Origin: Candidatus Fokinia solitaria
GTDB lineage: Bacteria > Pseudomonadota > Alphaproteobacteria > Rickettsiales > Midichloriaceae
Assembly (NCBI RefSeq): GCF_003072485.1
Contig: NZ_CP025989.1
Location: forward strand, 420,001 to 452,000
Direction of reading: 5' to 3'
Length of the DNA stretch: 32,000 nt
Shown here: positions 15,843 to 24,991 of the stretch, in pieces
Layout of the letters: the number at the start of each line of letters is the position of its first letter
Numbering within the stretch: the stretch's first letter is position 1
Made by a program: the position numbers and the translations under genes
The notes under the pieces: generated by a model
What the model was told of the DNA's origin: nothing
The model's input: the letters and a program-made list of their open reading frames with translations, nothing else
Database searches by the model: none

Positions 15843-18392
15843 ATGTCAGAAGATAAAAAAGAGGTCAGTACGAGGAAAATACTTGGCTTAGGAAAGCTAA
15901 AGGTGAATGCCTTTGAAATAGCTCGAAAAATCATTGAAGAAGATACATCAGATGCACATGTACAAGAACCAGTAGTGGAGCAGCTTCCGCATGTAGAACA
16001 TGCTGAAGAAAGCAGTAACATCCCTTACCATGAGAGATTAAAAGCCGCAAATGAAGCAGCTCTATCTTCTACTTCTGAAGTAACTTCTCACAAAGTTAGA
16101 AAAATAGGAAAGATTTCTTCAAATACAATTGCTGAAAAAGTTGTAAAATCTGACGAAATTGAAAAAGCTCTCGAAGCTGATCTTGATACAAATACCACAC
16201 TTGAAAGTAGCGCTACTGACAGTAAAGCACTTGCAAAACAACAAGTGCGGCACCGCCCTCGCCTCGATTATAGTGCACCTTTTACGATTTCTGAAGATTC
16301 GATAAAAAAAGTCTCTTTAGCTACTATACTCAAAGGTGAGAAAAAGATTAAAAATCTCAATAAGAAACCTCAGCAAGAAGCTACTCCAGCAGTAGCAGCG
16401 CCGCAGCAACAACAGCCTGTAGCGCAAAAATTACATAAAGAATCGCTAAAAAGCAAAGTCAATAAGCATAAGACTTTTAATGAAGCTGAGGAACGTAAAC
16501 GTAACGTCAAAAGAGTACATGATAATTTTAAAATCCATAAGATAAATACCTCTCAAGCTGCAAAATTACAAATCGATGAAATGACCGATTGGAGTGACAT
16601 AGTGTCATCCAAGAAATTCAGAAAAGATAGAGTGAAGAAACATAAAACTTCAGCGCCTAAAATAATTAGAGAAATTCAAATCGGTACCTCCATTACAATA
16701 AGCGAATTAGCTTCTAGAATGTCAGAAAAAGCAGCAGATTTGATGAAAAAACTCATCTCGCTTGGAGAAAAAAAGACTATAAATGACACTATAGACTACG
16801 AACTTGCCGCTTTACTTATTGAAGAATTTGGACATAAACATACTAAAATTAGCACTTCCGCTTCTATACTGAATGATTATCTAGCTAGTCATTCTTCTGG
16901 TAATAAAAAAGTACGCCCTCCTATAGTTACGGTAATGGGGCATATAGATCATGGGAAAACAACGCTTTTAGATACTTTACGCTCTAGTGCGGTAGCGAAA
17001 AAAGAACATGGAGGTATCACACAGCATGTTGCCGCGTATCAAGTTACTGTCAAAAATGGACAAAAGATAACATTTTTGGACACTCCAGGTCATGAAGCAT
17101 TTACTATGATGCGTGCACGAGGTGCAAGCCTTACTGATATCGTAGTTATTGTAATAGCAGCGGATGAAGGAGTAAAACAACAGACAGTAGAAGCTATAAG
17201 GCATGCTAAAGCATCAAATGTTCACATAATTGTAGCAGCTAATAAGATGGATAGTCCTAATGCGGATGTAACATTGGTGAAAAATGGATTACTTCAAGAA
17301 AATGTCATCCCGGAAGAGATGGGAGGAGATGTACCTATTATTCCAATTTCTGCTAAAACAGGGCAAGGACTAGATATCTTGCTTGATACTATATTAGCAT
17401 ATGGCGATATGCTAGACGTTCATGAAATTGATGGTCATGTTACTTCAGGTACAGTACTTGAAGCGAAAGTCACCAAATCTATGGGAACAATAATCAATGC
17501 TATAGTACTGAACGGAGTATTAAAAGTTGGAGATTATCTCAATATTGGACAAAAGCATGGCAAAATAAGACTAATGTACAATGACATTGGAGAAAGTATC
17601 ACAGCAGCTACAGCTTCTACTCCGGTAAGTATAGTAGGACTGAATGATAGCTCCTCTGTAGGGGAGAAGTTCTATGTCGTGCCGGAAAAATTAGCTAAGG
17701 AAATTGCTAATCTTGCACAGAAAAGTGTAGTAGATGATACTGTAGTGCATAGAGCTACCTTCGACACGTTAGCAAAAAATAAAGAATATAGGATAATACT
17801 AAAAGCTGACGTAAAGGGCTCTCTTGAAGCTATACAGCATGCAATAAGTGGCATTCAAACAGATGAAGTAGATATACGAATTATGCATCTCGGCGTAGGT
17901 GCGGCAACAGAATCTGACGTCTCGTTATCTTCTACGTGTAATGCGTGCATCATATGCTTCAATACTACTCAGTGTAGTAGCGAGGTAAAAGGAATGGCAA
18001 AAACACTTGGAATTGAAATTAGTACATATAATACCATATACCAAGTACTTGATTTCATAAAAGAACAAGTATCGGGTATGATGAAGCCTCTAGTTACGGA
18101 AAAAGACATTGGAGAAGCCGAAATTAGGCAAATGTTTTCGGCAAAATCTATAAATATAGCGGGATGCAGAGTTCTCTCTGGAGTAATTAAATCTTCGTCT
18201 AAAGTTCGGATTACAAGAAATGGTAACATTATACATAAAGGCGCTATTAAATCTCTCAGAAAAGGCACAGAACATGCAAAAGAGGTATTAAATGGTGTGG
18301 AGTGCGGTATTTGTCTCGAAAATTATAATGATATTGCAGTTGGTGATGTGATACATGCATATGAGGAGATTGTAGAGTATCGTAAGTTATAA
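15843..18392 (+). CDS. infB: Translation initiation factor IF-2
   Basis: 849 aa. G domain VTVMGHIDHGKTTLLD, DTPGHEAF, ANKMD. It has a low-complexity N-terminal region and a typical C-terminal domain ...VECGICLENYNDIAVGDVI. Confidence 0.95.
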   Translation: MSEDKKEVSTRKILGLGKLKVNAFEIARKIIEEDTSDAHVQEPVVEQLPHVEHAEESSNIPYHERLKAANEAALSSTSEVTSHKVRKIGKISSNTIAEKVVKSDEIEKALEADLDTNTTLESSATDSKALAKQQVRHRPRLDYSAPFTISEDSIKKVSLATILKGEKKIKNLNKKPQQEATPAVAAPQQQQPVAQKLHKESLKSKVNKHKTFNEAEERKRNVKRVHDNFKIHKINTSQAAKLQIDEMTDWSDIVSSKKFRKDRVKKHKTSAPKIIREIQIGTSITISELASRMSEKAADLMKKLISLGEKKTINDTIDYELAALLIEEFGHKHTKISTSASILNDYLASHSSGNKKVRPPIVTVMGHIDHGKTTLLDTLRSSAVAKKEHGGITQHVAAYQVTVKNGQKITFLDTPGHEAFTMMRARGASLTDIVVIVIAADEGVKQQTVEAIRHAKASNVHIIVAANKMDSPNADVTLVKNGLLQENVIPEEMGGDVPIIPISAKTGQGLDILLDTILAYGDMLDVHEIDGHVTSGTVLEAKVTKSMGTIINAIVLNGVLKVGDYLNIGQKHGKIRLMYNDIGESITAATASTPVSIVGLNDSSSVGEKFYVVPEKLAKEIANLAQKSVVDDTVVHRATFDTLAKNKEYRIILKADVKGSLEAIQHAISGIQTDEVDIRIMHLGVGAATESDVSLSSTCNACIICFNTTQCSSEVKGMAKTLGIEISTYNTIYQVLDFIKEQVSGMMKPLVTEKDIGEAEIRQMFSAKSINIAGCRVLSGVIKSSSKVRITRNGNIIHKGAIKSLRKGTEHAKEVLNGVECGICLENYNDIAVGDVIHAYEEIVEYRKL

Positions 18393-18418
18393 AATCTTTT
18401 TCATGTTTTCGTACGAGG

Positions 18419-19312
18419 ATGTTTTTTCAAGATATCAAGTTAGCACTTATAGAATTTTGGATGGAATCAGGCTGTATACTATTGGAAGGCTATGACATGA
18501 AAGTCGGCGCTGGTACATCACACCCCGCTACAGCTTTAATGTGCCTTACCAAAAATCCATGGAACGTTGTATATGTACAGCCTAGTACCCGCCCTACTGA
18601 TGGTAGATATGCTATTACACCAAATAGAACGCAATTCTATTATCAATTACAAGTAATAATGAAACCTTCTCCGGATAACATACAAGCACTATGCTTGCAA
18701 AGTCTCCGTAATATAGGACTGAAAGTAGAAAGTAATAACATATGCTTTATAGAAGATGATTGGCAAAATCCTACCTTAGGCGCATCAGGATTAGGATGGG
18801 AATTGCAATTGAACGGAACGGAAATTTTACAATTTACTTACATGCAACAAATTGGAGGCTTAAAATGCAATCCAGTACCATGCGAGATAACATATGGTCT
18901 TGAGAGATTAGCGATGCACGTACAGAATGTTGACAGTTTTTGGGATATAATCTGGTCTCCATCTGGCATCACATACGGTGAACTTTTTAAAAAACAGGAA
19001 GAAACGTATTCACATTTTAACTTTGAGTATGCTAATACGGAAATGCTTTTAAATCATTTTCAAGATAACATTGCAGAATGTAAGAGGCTATTGGTGATAG
19101 CGCGTGAGAAAAATATCAACCTCGTTATGCAAGCTTATGATTGCTTTCTTAGTGCAGCTCATCTTTTTAACTTACTAGAAGCGAGAAAAATGATTACCAT
19201 CGTGCAAAGAACTTCTTACATGAAAGTACTTAGAGAAGTAGCGACCATGTGTTGTAAAGAATGGATAGAATTTGAAAGTGAGAATGTGGCGCACAAAGAT
19301 CTTAACTCTTAA
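18419..19312 (+). CDS. glyQ: Glycyl-tRNA synthetase alpha subunit
   Basis: FQDIKLALIEFWMESGC, GAGTSHPAT, RPTDGRYA, GWELQLNG.EI.QFTYMQQIGG and EITYGLERLAM blocks. A GAGG Shine-Dalgarno element lies just upstream. Confidence 0.95.
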   Translation: MFFQDIKLALIEFWMESGCILLEGYDMKVGAGTSHPATALMCLTKNPWNVVYVQPSTRPTDGRYAITPNRTQFYYQLQVIMKPSPDNIQALCLQSLRNIGLKVESNNICFIEDDWQNPTLGASGLGWELQLNGTEILQFTYMQQIGGLKCNPVPCEITYGLERLAMHVQNVDSFWDIIWSPSGITYGELFKKQEETYSHFNFEYANTEMLLNHFQDNIAECKRLLVIAREKNINLVMQAYDCFLSAAHLFNLLEARKMITIVQRTSYMKVLREVATMCCKEWIEFESENVAHKDLNS

Positions 19313-20003
19313 TCCTGAAGCTTTTCCGGGACCATTAGCGCATTCAGTAATCGGAAGAGGATTAAGTAAGTGGTGGAATTTAGAGGTAAAAAATATAAGA
19401 GACTACTCTAAACTAAAACATAAAAAAGCGGATGACACAATATATGGCGGAGGAAACGGAATGTTAATAAGAGCGGATGTTCTTGGAGATGCAATAGATG
19501 ATTTTTTTGAAACTGATAATCCAAATAAGCCAATATTATACGCCTCTCCAAGAGGCATAAAGTTTGATCAAAAAATGGCTTTAGACTTTTCGCAAAAGCA
19601 AGGCATACAACTAATATCAGGCAAATTTGAAGGAATAGATGAAAGAGTTTTGCAATATTACAATATCAAAGAAGTAAGCATAGGAGATTACATTCTCTCT
19701 TCTGGAGATATTCCAATTCTAGTAATTATCAATGCGTGTGTGAGGTTATTAAGCGATACCTTCATCACAAAAGGCGATAATCTTAATCCTCTGAATGAAG
19801 AGTCATTTTCACTTTTCGATCAAGAATTAGGCGCTCTTCTAGAATATCCTCAATATACTAAGCCTCGTATTTGGCGTGACTTAGAAGTACCAAAGATTTT
19901 CTTATCCGGTCATCATAAAAATATTCAAGATATAAGAAAGATTGAAGCTAAAAGAAAAACTCTTTTAATGAAGAAAAAGTTCAATAATAATAAAGATGTT
20001 TAA
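19284..20003 (+). CDS. trmD: tRNA (guanine37-N1)-methyltransferase
   Basis: ILTLNPEAFPGPL, YGGGNGMLIRADV, GKFEGIDERV and SIGDYILSSGDIP blocks. The ATG at 19284 overlaps the glyQ 3' end by 29 nt. The ORF track starts at a TTG at 19272. Confidence 0.9.
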   Translation: MWRTKILTLNPEAFPGPLAHSVIGRGLSKWWNLEVKNIRDYSKLKHKKADDTIYGGGNGMLIRADVLGDAIDDFFETDNPNKPILYASPRGIKFDQKMALDFSQKQGIQLISGKFEGIDERVLQYYNIKEVSIGDYILSSGDIPILVIINACVRLLSDTFITKGDNLNPLNEESFSLFDQELGALLEYPQYTKPRIWRDLEVPKIFLSGHHKNIQDIRKIEAKRKTLLMKKKFNNNKDV

Positions 20004-20018
20004 ATATCACTCTTATTT

Positions 20019-21119
20019 ATGAAGAAAACGTACATTTTAATACCAGTATTCATATCTTGTATCGCAATAATAGTAGCTTTTCTTTATTTTTCTCAACAAA
20101 AAGATATCAATCAAAATCGCTTTGAAGATCTTCTGAAAGAGAAATTTGCTTCTCATGGCTTTATTCTCGACTGCGCTTCCATTACACAAGAAAGTAGTTC
20201 CCTCATTTTAAACAATGTTACAATAGTAGGAGCACTGCCAATTTTTAAAGCTGAAGTACTCTTTGATAAAATAAAAGTAACAAGTAATAGTGTCTCTACG
20301 GATGTAGAACTTTTAGGTGAGGTAAAGGCGAACATATATCAGTCTACAGATTATAAAATACCTTTAAAATCTCACATTATCTTACGAGATTACAATCAAT
20401 TTAAATTATCTATACCTGCGAATAAGAATACTAAGGACGTAGCTGAATACTTTTCATTTCAGTCAATGTTAAGTAATGCAAAACTGTACATAGATAATCA
20501 AGAAAAGATCTTTCTAAGGGAGTGTTATGTCAATATAATAGGAAATCCTACGAATGAGCGCTTAATAGACATCAAAATACATTTCGAAAATACAAATGAA
20601 AACCACATTAACTCAAACAACGAAATATACTCACTAAATGCTCGTCTCATAAATCATGAAGAAAAAGAAGAGAATGCATATAAGATAGAAAAGTTCCTCC
20701 TAAAAAGCGGTACATACTCTATAAAAGCAAGTGGCGATATATCTTTTTATACTTTTAGCGCTTTTCAAGACTCTAATGCTGATACAGATATGTCATACGT
20801 GAAGTCACAAAATATTGTTATTCAGCTTCAGAACTATAAAGGCATCAGTACTACAATTACAGACTTAGTACGGCAATTTTATCAAAGTTTCTTTGAGAAG
20901 TACAATAAAAGTGCAGCTGAAATATCAGAGTATGAACTACAGATAGCTATCGTGCGTCTCATAGAATTTATATCACAAGACATAAAGGGAGACGAATCCA
21001 GCATTCATCTCGTTTATGATAAAAAAAATGGCATGACTTTTTCAGGGAAAACAAATAACGATTTTATGACATTCATGAAAACACTACAGCTTATAAAGAA
21101 AGAAGTAGTATCAAAATAA
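20019..21119 (+). CDS. Hypothetical N-terminally membrane-anchored protein (ORFan)
   Basis: 366-aa ORF beginning 15 nt after trmD. It has one N-terminal hydrophobic helix (ILIPVFISCIAIIVAFLYF) and no recognised domain. Confidence 0.6.
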   Translation: MKKTYILIPVFISCIAIIVAFLYFSQQKDINQNRFEDLLKEKFASHGFILDCASITQESSSLILNNVTIVGALPIFKAEVLFDKIKVTSNSVSTDVELLGEVKANIYQSTDYKIPLKSHIILRDYNQFKLSIPANKNTKDVAEYFSFQSMLSNAKLYIDNQEKIFLRECYVNIIGNPTNERLIDIKIHFENTNENHINSNNEIYSLNARLINHEEKEENAYKIEKFLLKSGTYSIKASGDISFYTFSAFQDSNADTDMSYVKSQNIVIQLQNYKGISTTITDLVRQFYQSFFEKYNKSAAEISEYELQIAIVRLIEFISQDIKGDESSIHLVYDKKNGMTFSGKTNNDFMTFMKTLQLIKKEVVSK

Positions 21120-21296
21120 ACGGCAATACTTTAGATTTATTAACATCATTTTAGTAACCACCTAAATTTAGCGTCTACAATATACTTTTCTCCTTGTAGT
21201 GAACGAAACAGATATGTAGCATACTGCATAAATTAAAAACATTAATGTGCAGTAAGCATACTTTTTATAAATTCAACCTCAAAAGGAGTATGAAAG

Positions 21297-22865
21297 ATGT
21301 CTAGTACAAACATTATACTATGCGATCATAAGGATTATTTATCCAATGATGCTTACGTTTCATCTGAGAGGCAGTTTTCGCAATCCTATATCACGGCGCT
21401 TAGCTTATTTCAAAATACCATATTGAATTTGCGTTTTTATGATAAATTTACTCAACCGATGCTGATATGCACAAATCTTGCATATAAGAATACAGTAATC
21501 TCTCAATTGCATGAAATTGGCGTGCGAAAGGCAATACTGCTATGCGAAGATTCGATATATGGTAGTGCAGTATCACTGATGCTTGCTATACAGTATCTTC
21601 TTTCAGTTGCTGCAATGACGGCTAATCATCAAGTAATTTGCACAATGTTATCTCATATCAAAACGATCAATTTCGATCTTTTTCATACGCATGCTATAAC
21701 AAAATGTATCGCAAAAGCAAAAAGTAATAATATGCACCTTAGTAAGGTATTATGTTTTGCTGCACCGACAAATTATTTTGATGAAAATACCTCATATATA
21801 GAGATCAAAGGAGATAAAATAATACCTAATAACACATTACATGATATTAAATCATTTCCGGAAACACCGTATTCTAAAAAAACTATAGCAAAAATCAAAA
21901 ACTCTATAAAAAGTTACAGTGAATCGCCTACGAGAACAGCGATTAAAGGTGGTAAAAACAATCACACGTATCTTTCAGAAATTGGAGTATACTACTCCTC
22001 GCTAAAAGTGCTATGCGATTGCTTTCAACTTCATATGAGTGATTGTTTTCAAGAAACAAAGAAATTATTTACGAACGATGATATTAAGACAGAACGTTCA
22101 TTCATAATAAAAGAAATTTCTACCGACGCTAGCATTCAAAAAGTACTATCATCATATCCAAAATATAATGACTTCTCACAATCTATTCTAAGATACTCGG
22201 ATAATGCAATCGTATGTACGCCTGAAGATTACTCAGAATCCGTAAATTGGAATGAAGTATATCATACCTCTAAGATGGACATCGAGAATGCGCAATTGCC
22301 TCATCTAAATATCGCGCAAAACAACATTGCTTCTCAAGAAAGAGAACCTGTACACTCTTTTCAAGCGTTTTTACATCAACATCATGCAACTTTTGAATCA
22401 AAAAGTGATTCGCAAAACATAACATATGAATGCCAAGATAGCGCTAAAATTATAATAAAAGAACTGAAAGCGAAATATGCAAAGGCGGAAATAGAAAGTC
22501 ATGAAAAGCCTCAGTCATTGACAGAGAAACGAGTATTTACAATGTATTCGTTTGAAGATTTGTTGCATGATTTCTTAGCGCACAATATTTCCGAGAATAT
22601 AACGTTATCGGATGGTAATATACTGTTCATTGAAAAGCCAATGCTGCTAATGGCACAAGATAATAGTGTAATTTGGGAATTTGACACAGTAATTATCGTT
22701 GCGCATAAAAAGTACATTCACATAGTACGAAACGTGATAAAAGATCTAGGAAATAGCGAAGAAGCATACGAAATACTACAACAACTATTTGAAACTGAAA
22801 ATAAGACAGATAAAGCACTGTTAAAAATGATATTGGAAGAACACAAAAACAGCTTTATCTTTTAA
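21297..22865 (+). CDS. ManC/CpsB-like nucleotidyltransferase-fold protein with degenerate catalytic loop
   Basis: AAGGAG lies 8 nt upstream of the ATG. Residues 1 to about 325 align by eye to mannose-1-phosphate guanylyltransferase: ERQF, LFQNTILNL, PMLICTN...ISQL, ILLCED.IYGSAVSLMLAIQ, AIVCTPEDYSESVNWNEVY. The GGxGxRLWP loop reads CDHKDYLSND. The C-terminal part, about 200 aa, is unrecognisable. Confidence 0.6.
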   Translation: MSSTNIILCDHKDYLSNDAYVSSERQFSQSYITALSLFQNTILNLRFYDKFTQPMLICTNLAYKNTVISQLHEIGVRKAILLCEDSIYGSAVSLMLAIQYLLSVAAMTANHQVICTMLSHIKTINFDLFHTHAITKCIAKAKSNNMHLSKVLCFAAPTNYFDENTSYIEIKGDKIIPNNTLHDIKSFPETPYSKKTIAKIKNSIKSYSESPTRTAIKGGKNNHTYLSEIGVYYSSLKVLCDCFQLHMSDCFQETKKLFTNDDIKTERSFIIKEISTDASIQKVLSSYPKYNDFSQSILRYSDNAIVCTPEDYSESVNWNEVYHTSKMDIENAQLPHLNIAQNNIASQEREPVHSFQAFLHQHHATFESKSDSQNITYECQDSAKIIIKELKAKYAKAEIESHEKPQSLTEKRVFTMYSFEDLLHDFLAHNISENITLSDGNILFIEKPMLLMAQDNSVIWEFDTVIIVAHKKYIHIVRNVIKDLGNSEEAYEILQQLFETENKTDKALLKMILEEHKNSFIF

Positions 22866-22916
22866 GCTATTCCTATAATAATCCTCTTCAGATATCACTA
22901 TTCAGTTCACTTAGAA

Positions 22917-24143
22917 ATGTCTATTAAGTTGTTGATGCCAGCTCTTTCCCCTACAATGAAAGAAGGAAATTTGATAAAGTGGCTAAAAAAAGAAGGCGAC
23001 GTCATAGCATCCGGAGATGTCATTGCTGAGATAGAAACGGATAAAGCAATAATGGAATTTGAATCAGCAGATTCTGGTGTTTTAGGGAAAATTTTAGTTT
23101 CAGAAGGTACTTCTAACGTCAAGGTAAAGGAGTTAATTGCTATTATCTTGGAAGAAGGCGAATCAGAAGCGGATATAGAAGCGATATTAAATGCTACTGC
23201 TCTACAAACACATACTACGCCTCCTAAAAGTGAAGAGGATAAGAAAGTAGATAAAAATAAGAGTATCGATATAGCTGCCCCTTCCACTTCTCAAGAAGAA
23301 AGAATATTTATATCTCCAATAGCTAGAAAATTGGCAATGGATCATAAAGTGGATATCAAGCATATAAAAGGAAGTGGCCCGTACTCTAGAATAGTAAAAA
23401 GAGATGTTGAAGAAGTAATTGCAGTTACTGCAAGCGATAGTAGCACTCCTAATACTACGCTTTCATTCACAAAGATGCGCGCTGCAATAGCGGAACGATT
23501 AAGCTTTTCTAAAAAGAATATACCTCATTTCTACATTTCTGTTGAGTGCAATATTGATAATCTGCTATCGATTAGAAAGTCGCTAAATGACAGTATGAAA
23601 AAAGCGAATTTGGATAAAAAAATCTCCATCAACGATTTTTTCGTAAAAGCTACCGCTCTATCATTACAAAAACATCATAAATTTCGCTCCTCTTTTGAAG
23701 AAGAAAAATGGCTTCAGCATGACTTCGCAGATATTGCAATTGCAATTTCTGTAGAGGATGGATTATTTACTCCAGTTGTCAAAAATTCTGCGCAAAAGTC
23801 TTTACTGCATATTTCCACAGAAGTACTTGAATTAGCGCAGAAAGCGCGTTCCCGTTCTTTACGACATAGCGAAATTTCTGGTGGATGCATTACAATTTCA
23901 AATCTTGGCATGTATGGCATTAGAAGCTTTTTACCGATTATTAATCCTCCACATGTTTCTATTCTTGCTATAGGAGGTGCAATTCATAAACCTACTGTAA
24001 GCAGCGAAGGAAATATCGTAGCATCTCAAACAATCGAGATAACACTCGCTTGTGATCATAGGGTTATAGACGGCGTAGATGCAGCTCTTTTCATCAATGA
24101 TATAAAATCTTATGTCGAAAATAGCATGTCGCTGATAATGTAG
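22917..24143 (+). CDS. pdhC: Pyruvate dehydrogenase E2 (dihydrolipoamide acetyltransferase)
   Basis: Lipoyl domain [23 protein letters not shown]...[14 protein letters not shown], a peripheral subunit-binding domain [33 protein letters not shown], and a catalytic domain with the DHRVIDG motif. Confidence 0.9.
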   Translation: MSIKLLMPALSPTMKEGNLIKWLKKEGDVIASGDVIAEIETDKAIMEFESADSGVLGKILVSEGTSNVKVKELIAIILEEGESEADIEAILNATALQTHTTPPKSEEDKKVDKNKSIDIAAPSTSQEERIFISPIARKLAMDHKVDIKHIKGSGPYSRIVKRDVEEVIAVTASDSSTPNTTLSFTKMRAAIAERLSFSKKNIPHFYISVECNIDNLLSIRKSLNDSMKKANLDKKISINDFFVKATALSLQKHHKFRSSFEEEKWLQHDFADIAIAISVEDGLFTPVVKNSAQKSLLHISTEVLELAQKARSRSLRHSEISGGCITISNLGMYGIRSFLPIINPPHVSILAIGGAIHKPTVSSEGNIVASQTIEITLACDHRVIDGVDAALFINDIKSYVENSMSLIM

Positions 24144-24263
24144 TGACATAATTCACTTCACTTCTCTACAAGAATTTTTCTTATATCATCAAAAATACTG
24201 TCAAGTACTTGCGTTCTTTTTCGTTTTCGATAGTATTCTGTTAATTAAATATTGTATTTTAGA

Positions 24264-24953
24264 ATGTCCATAGTAGGTTGTTCATTTAGAGATTTCCCTG
24301 ATTGTAAGGTAAAGATCGTATCTGGCGATTCGGCGGTTGATTTATCAAAAATCCCTTCATATTTAGGAACGCATAGTAATCCATCAGAAGCAGTACAAAA
24401 AGAGGGAAAATTCGCAATATGTGATGCTACTTTACATAGCATCATGACTTGGTGCACAGGATATAAAGTGTTATTTTTCTTCTATCCTTTAAATTTTACC
24501 TTTGTATGCCCTTCTGAGATAATAGCACTTAATAAAATGAAAAGTGAATTTGAATCAAGAAAAACTAAGGTCTTCTTAGTAAGTGTTGATTCTCACTATA
24601 GTCATATAGCTTATGCCACGACTAGTAAGGAGAACGGTGGCATCGGAGAAATGGGGCATGCTATGATTTCTGATATAAATAAAGAATTATCTGTCGCTCT
24701 TGGTGTTTTACATCACTCTGGCGTGTCGCTGCGTGCAGCTATCATCATAGGAGAAGATGGTATTATCAAACATCAAACTGTTAACGAATTAGCGATAGGA
24801 AGAAATACTAATGAATTACTAAGAGTGCTCGATGCAATAGAGCATAATAAACAATACGGCGAAGTATGTCCTATAAATTGGAAGAAGGGAGAAGCAGCGA
24901 TGGTACCAAATGTTGATGGAATGAAGAAGTATATCAACACTTCTAATTCGTAA
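24264..24953 (+). CDS. Typical 2-Cys peroxiredoxin (AhpC/Tsa family) with an N-terminal insertion
   Basis: FFFYPLNFTFVCPSEI carries the peroxidatic Cys and GEVCPINW carries the resolving Cys. The ATG is at 24264 and the ORF track starts at a TTG at 24252. Confidence 0.9.
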   Translation: MSIVGCSFRDFPDCKVKIVSGDSAVDLSKIPSYLGTHSNPSEAVQKEGKFAICDATLHSIMTWCTGYKVLFFFYPLNFTFVCPSEIIALNKMKSEFESRKTKVFLVSVDSHYSHIAYATTSKENGGIGEMGHAMISDINKELSVALGVLHHSGVSLRAAIIIGEDGIIKHQTVNELAIGRNTNELLRVLDAIEHNKQYGEVCPINWKKGEAAMVPNVDGMKKYINTSNS

Positions 24954-24991
24954 CTAAGAGAAATTGTTAAAAAATCATTTTTCATGTTAGC

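Noticed and set aside
22907-23287. 126-aa minus-strand ORF, together with similar ORFs in the track at 959-1162, 1244-1468, 2305-2511, 3151-3336, 4675-4965, 5128-5382, 5620-5817, 7537-7746, 8990-9382, 10771-10968, 11610-11792, 13720-13965, 14260-14454, 14967-15296, 15405-15593, 15833-16021, 16977-17204, 17672-17854, 17969-18268, 18090-18275, 20153-20335, 22511-22717, 23714-23920, 23931-24149, 24245-24457, 24773-25009, 26551-26742, 27716-27967, 28921-29169, 29173-29445 and 30228-30470
   Set aside because: All lie antisense to, or out of frame within, confidently identified conserved genes or long ORFs. They have low-complexity or hydrophobic junk-like translations and no motifs. These are shadow ORFs, expected in AT-rich DNA.
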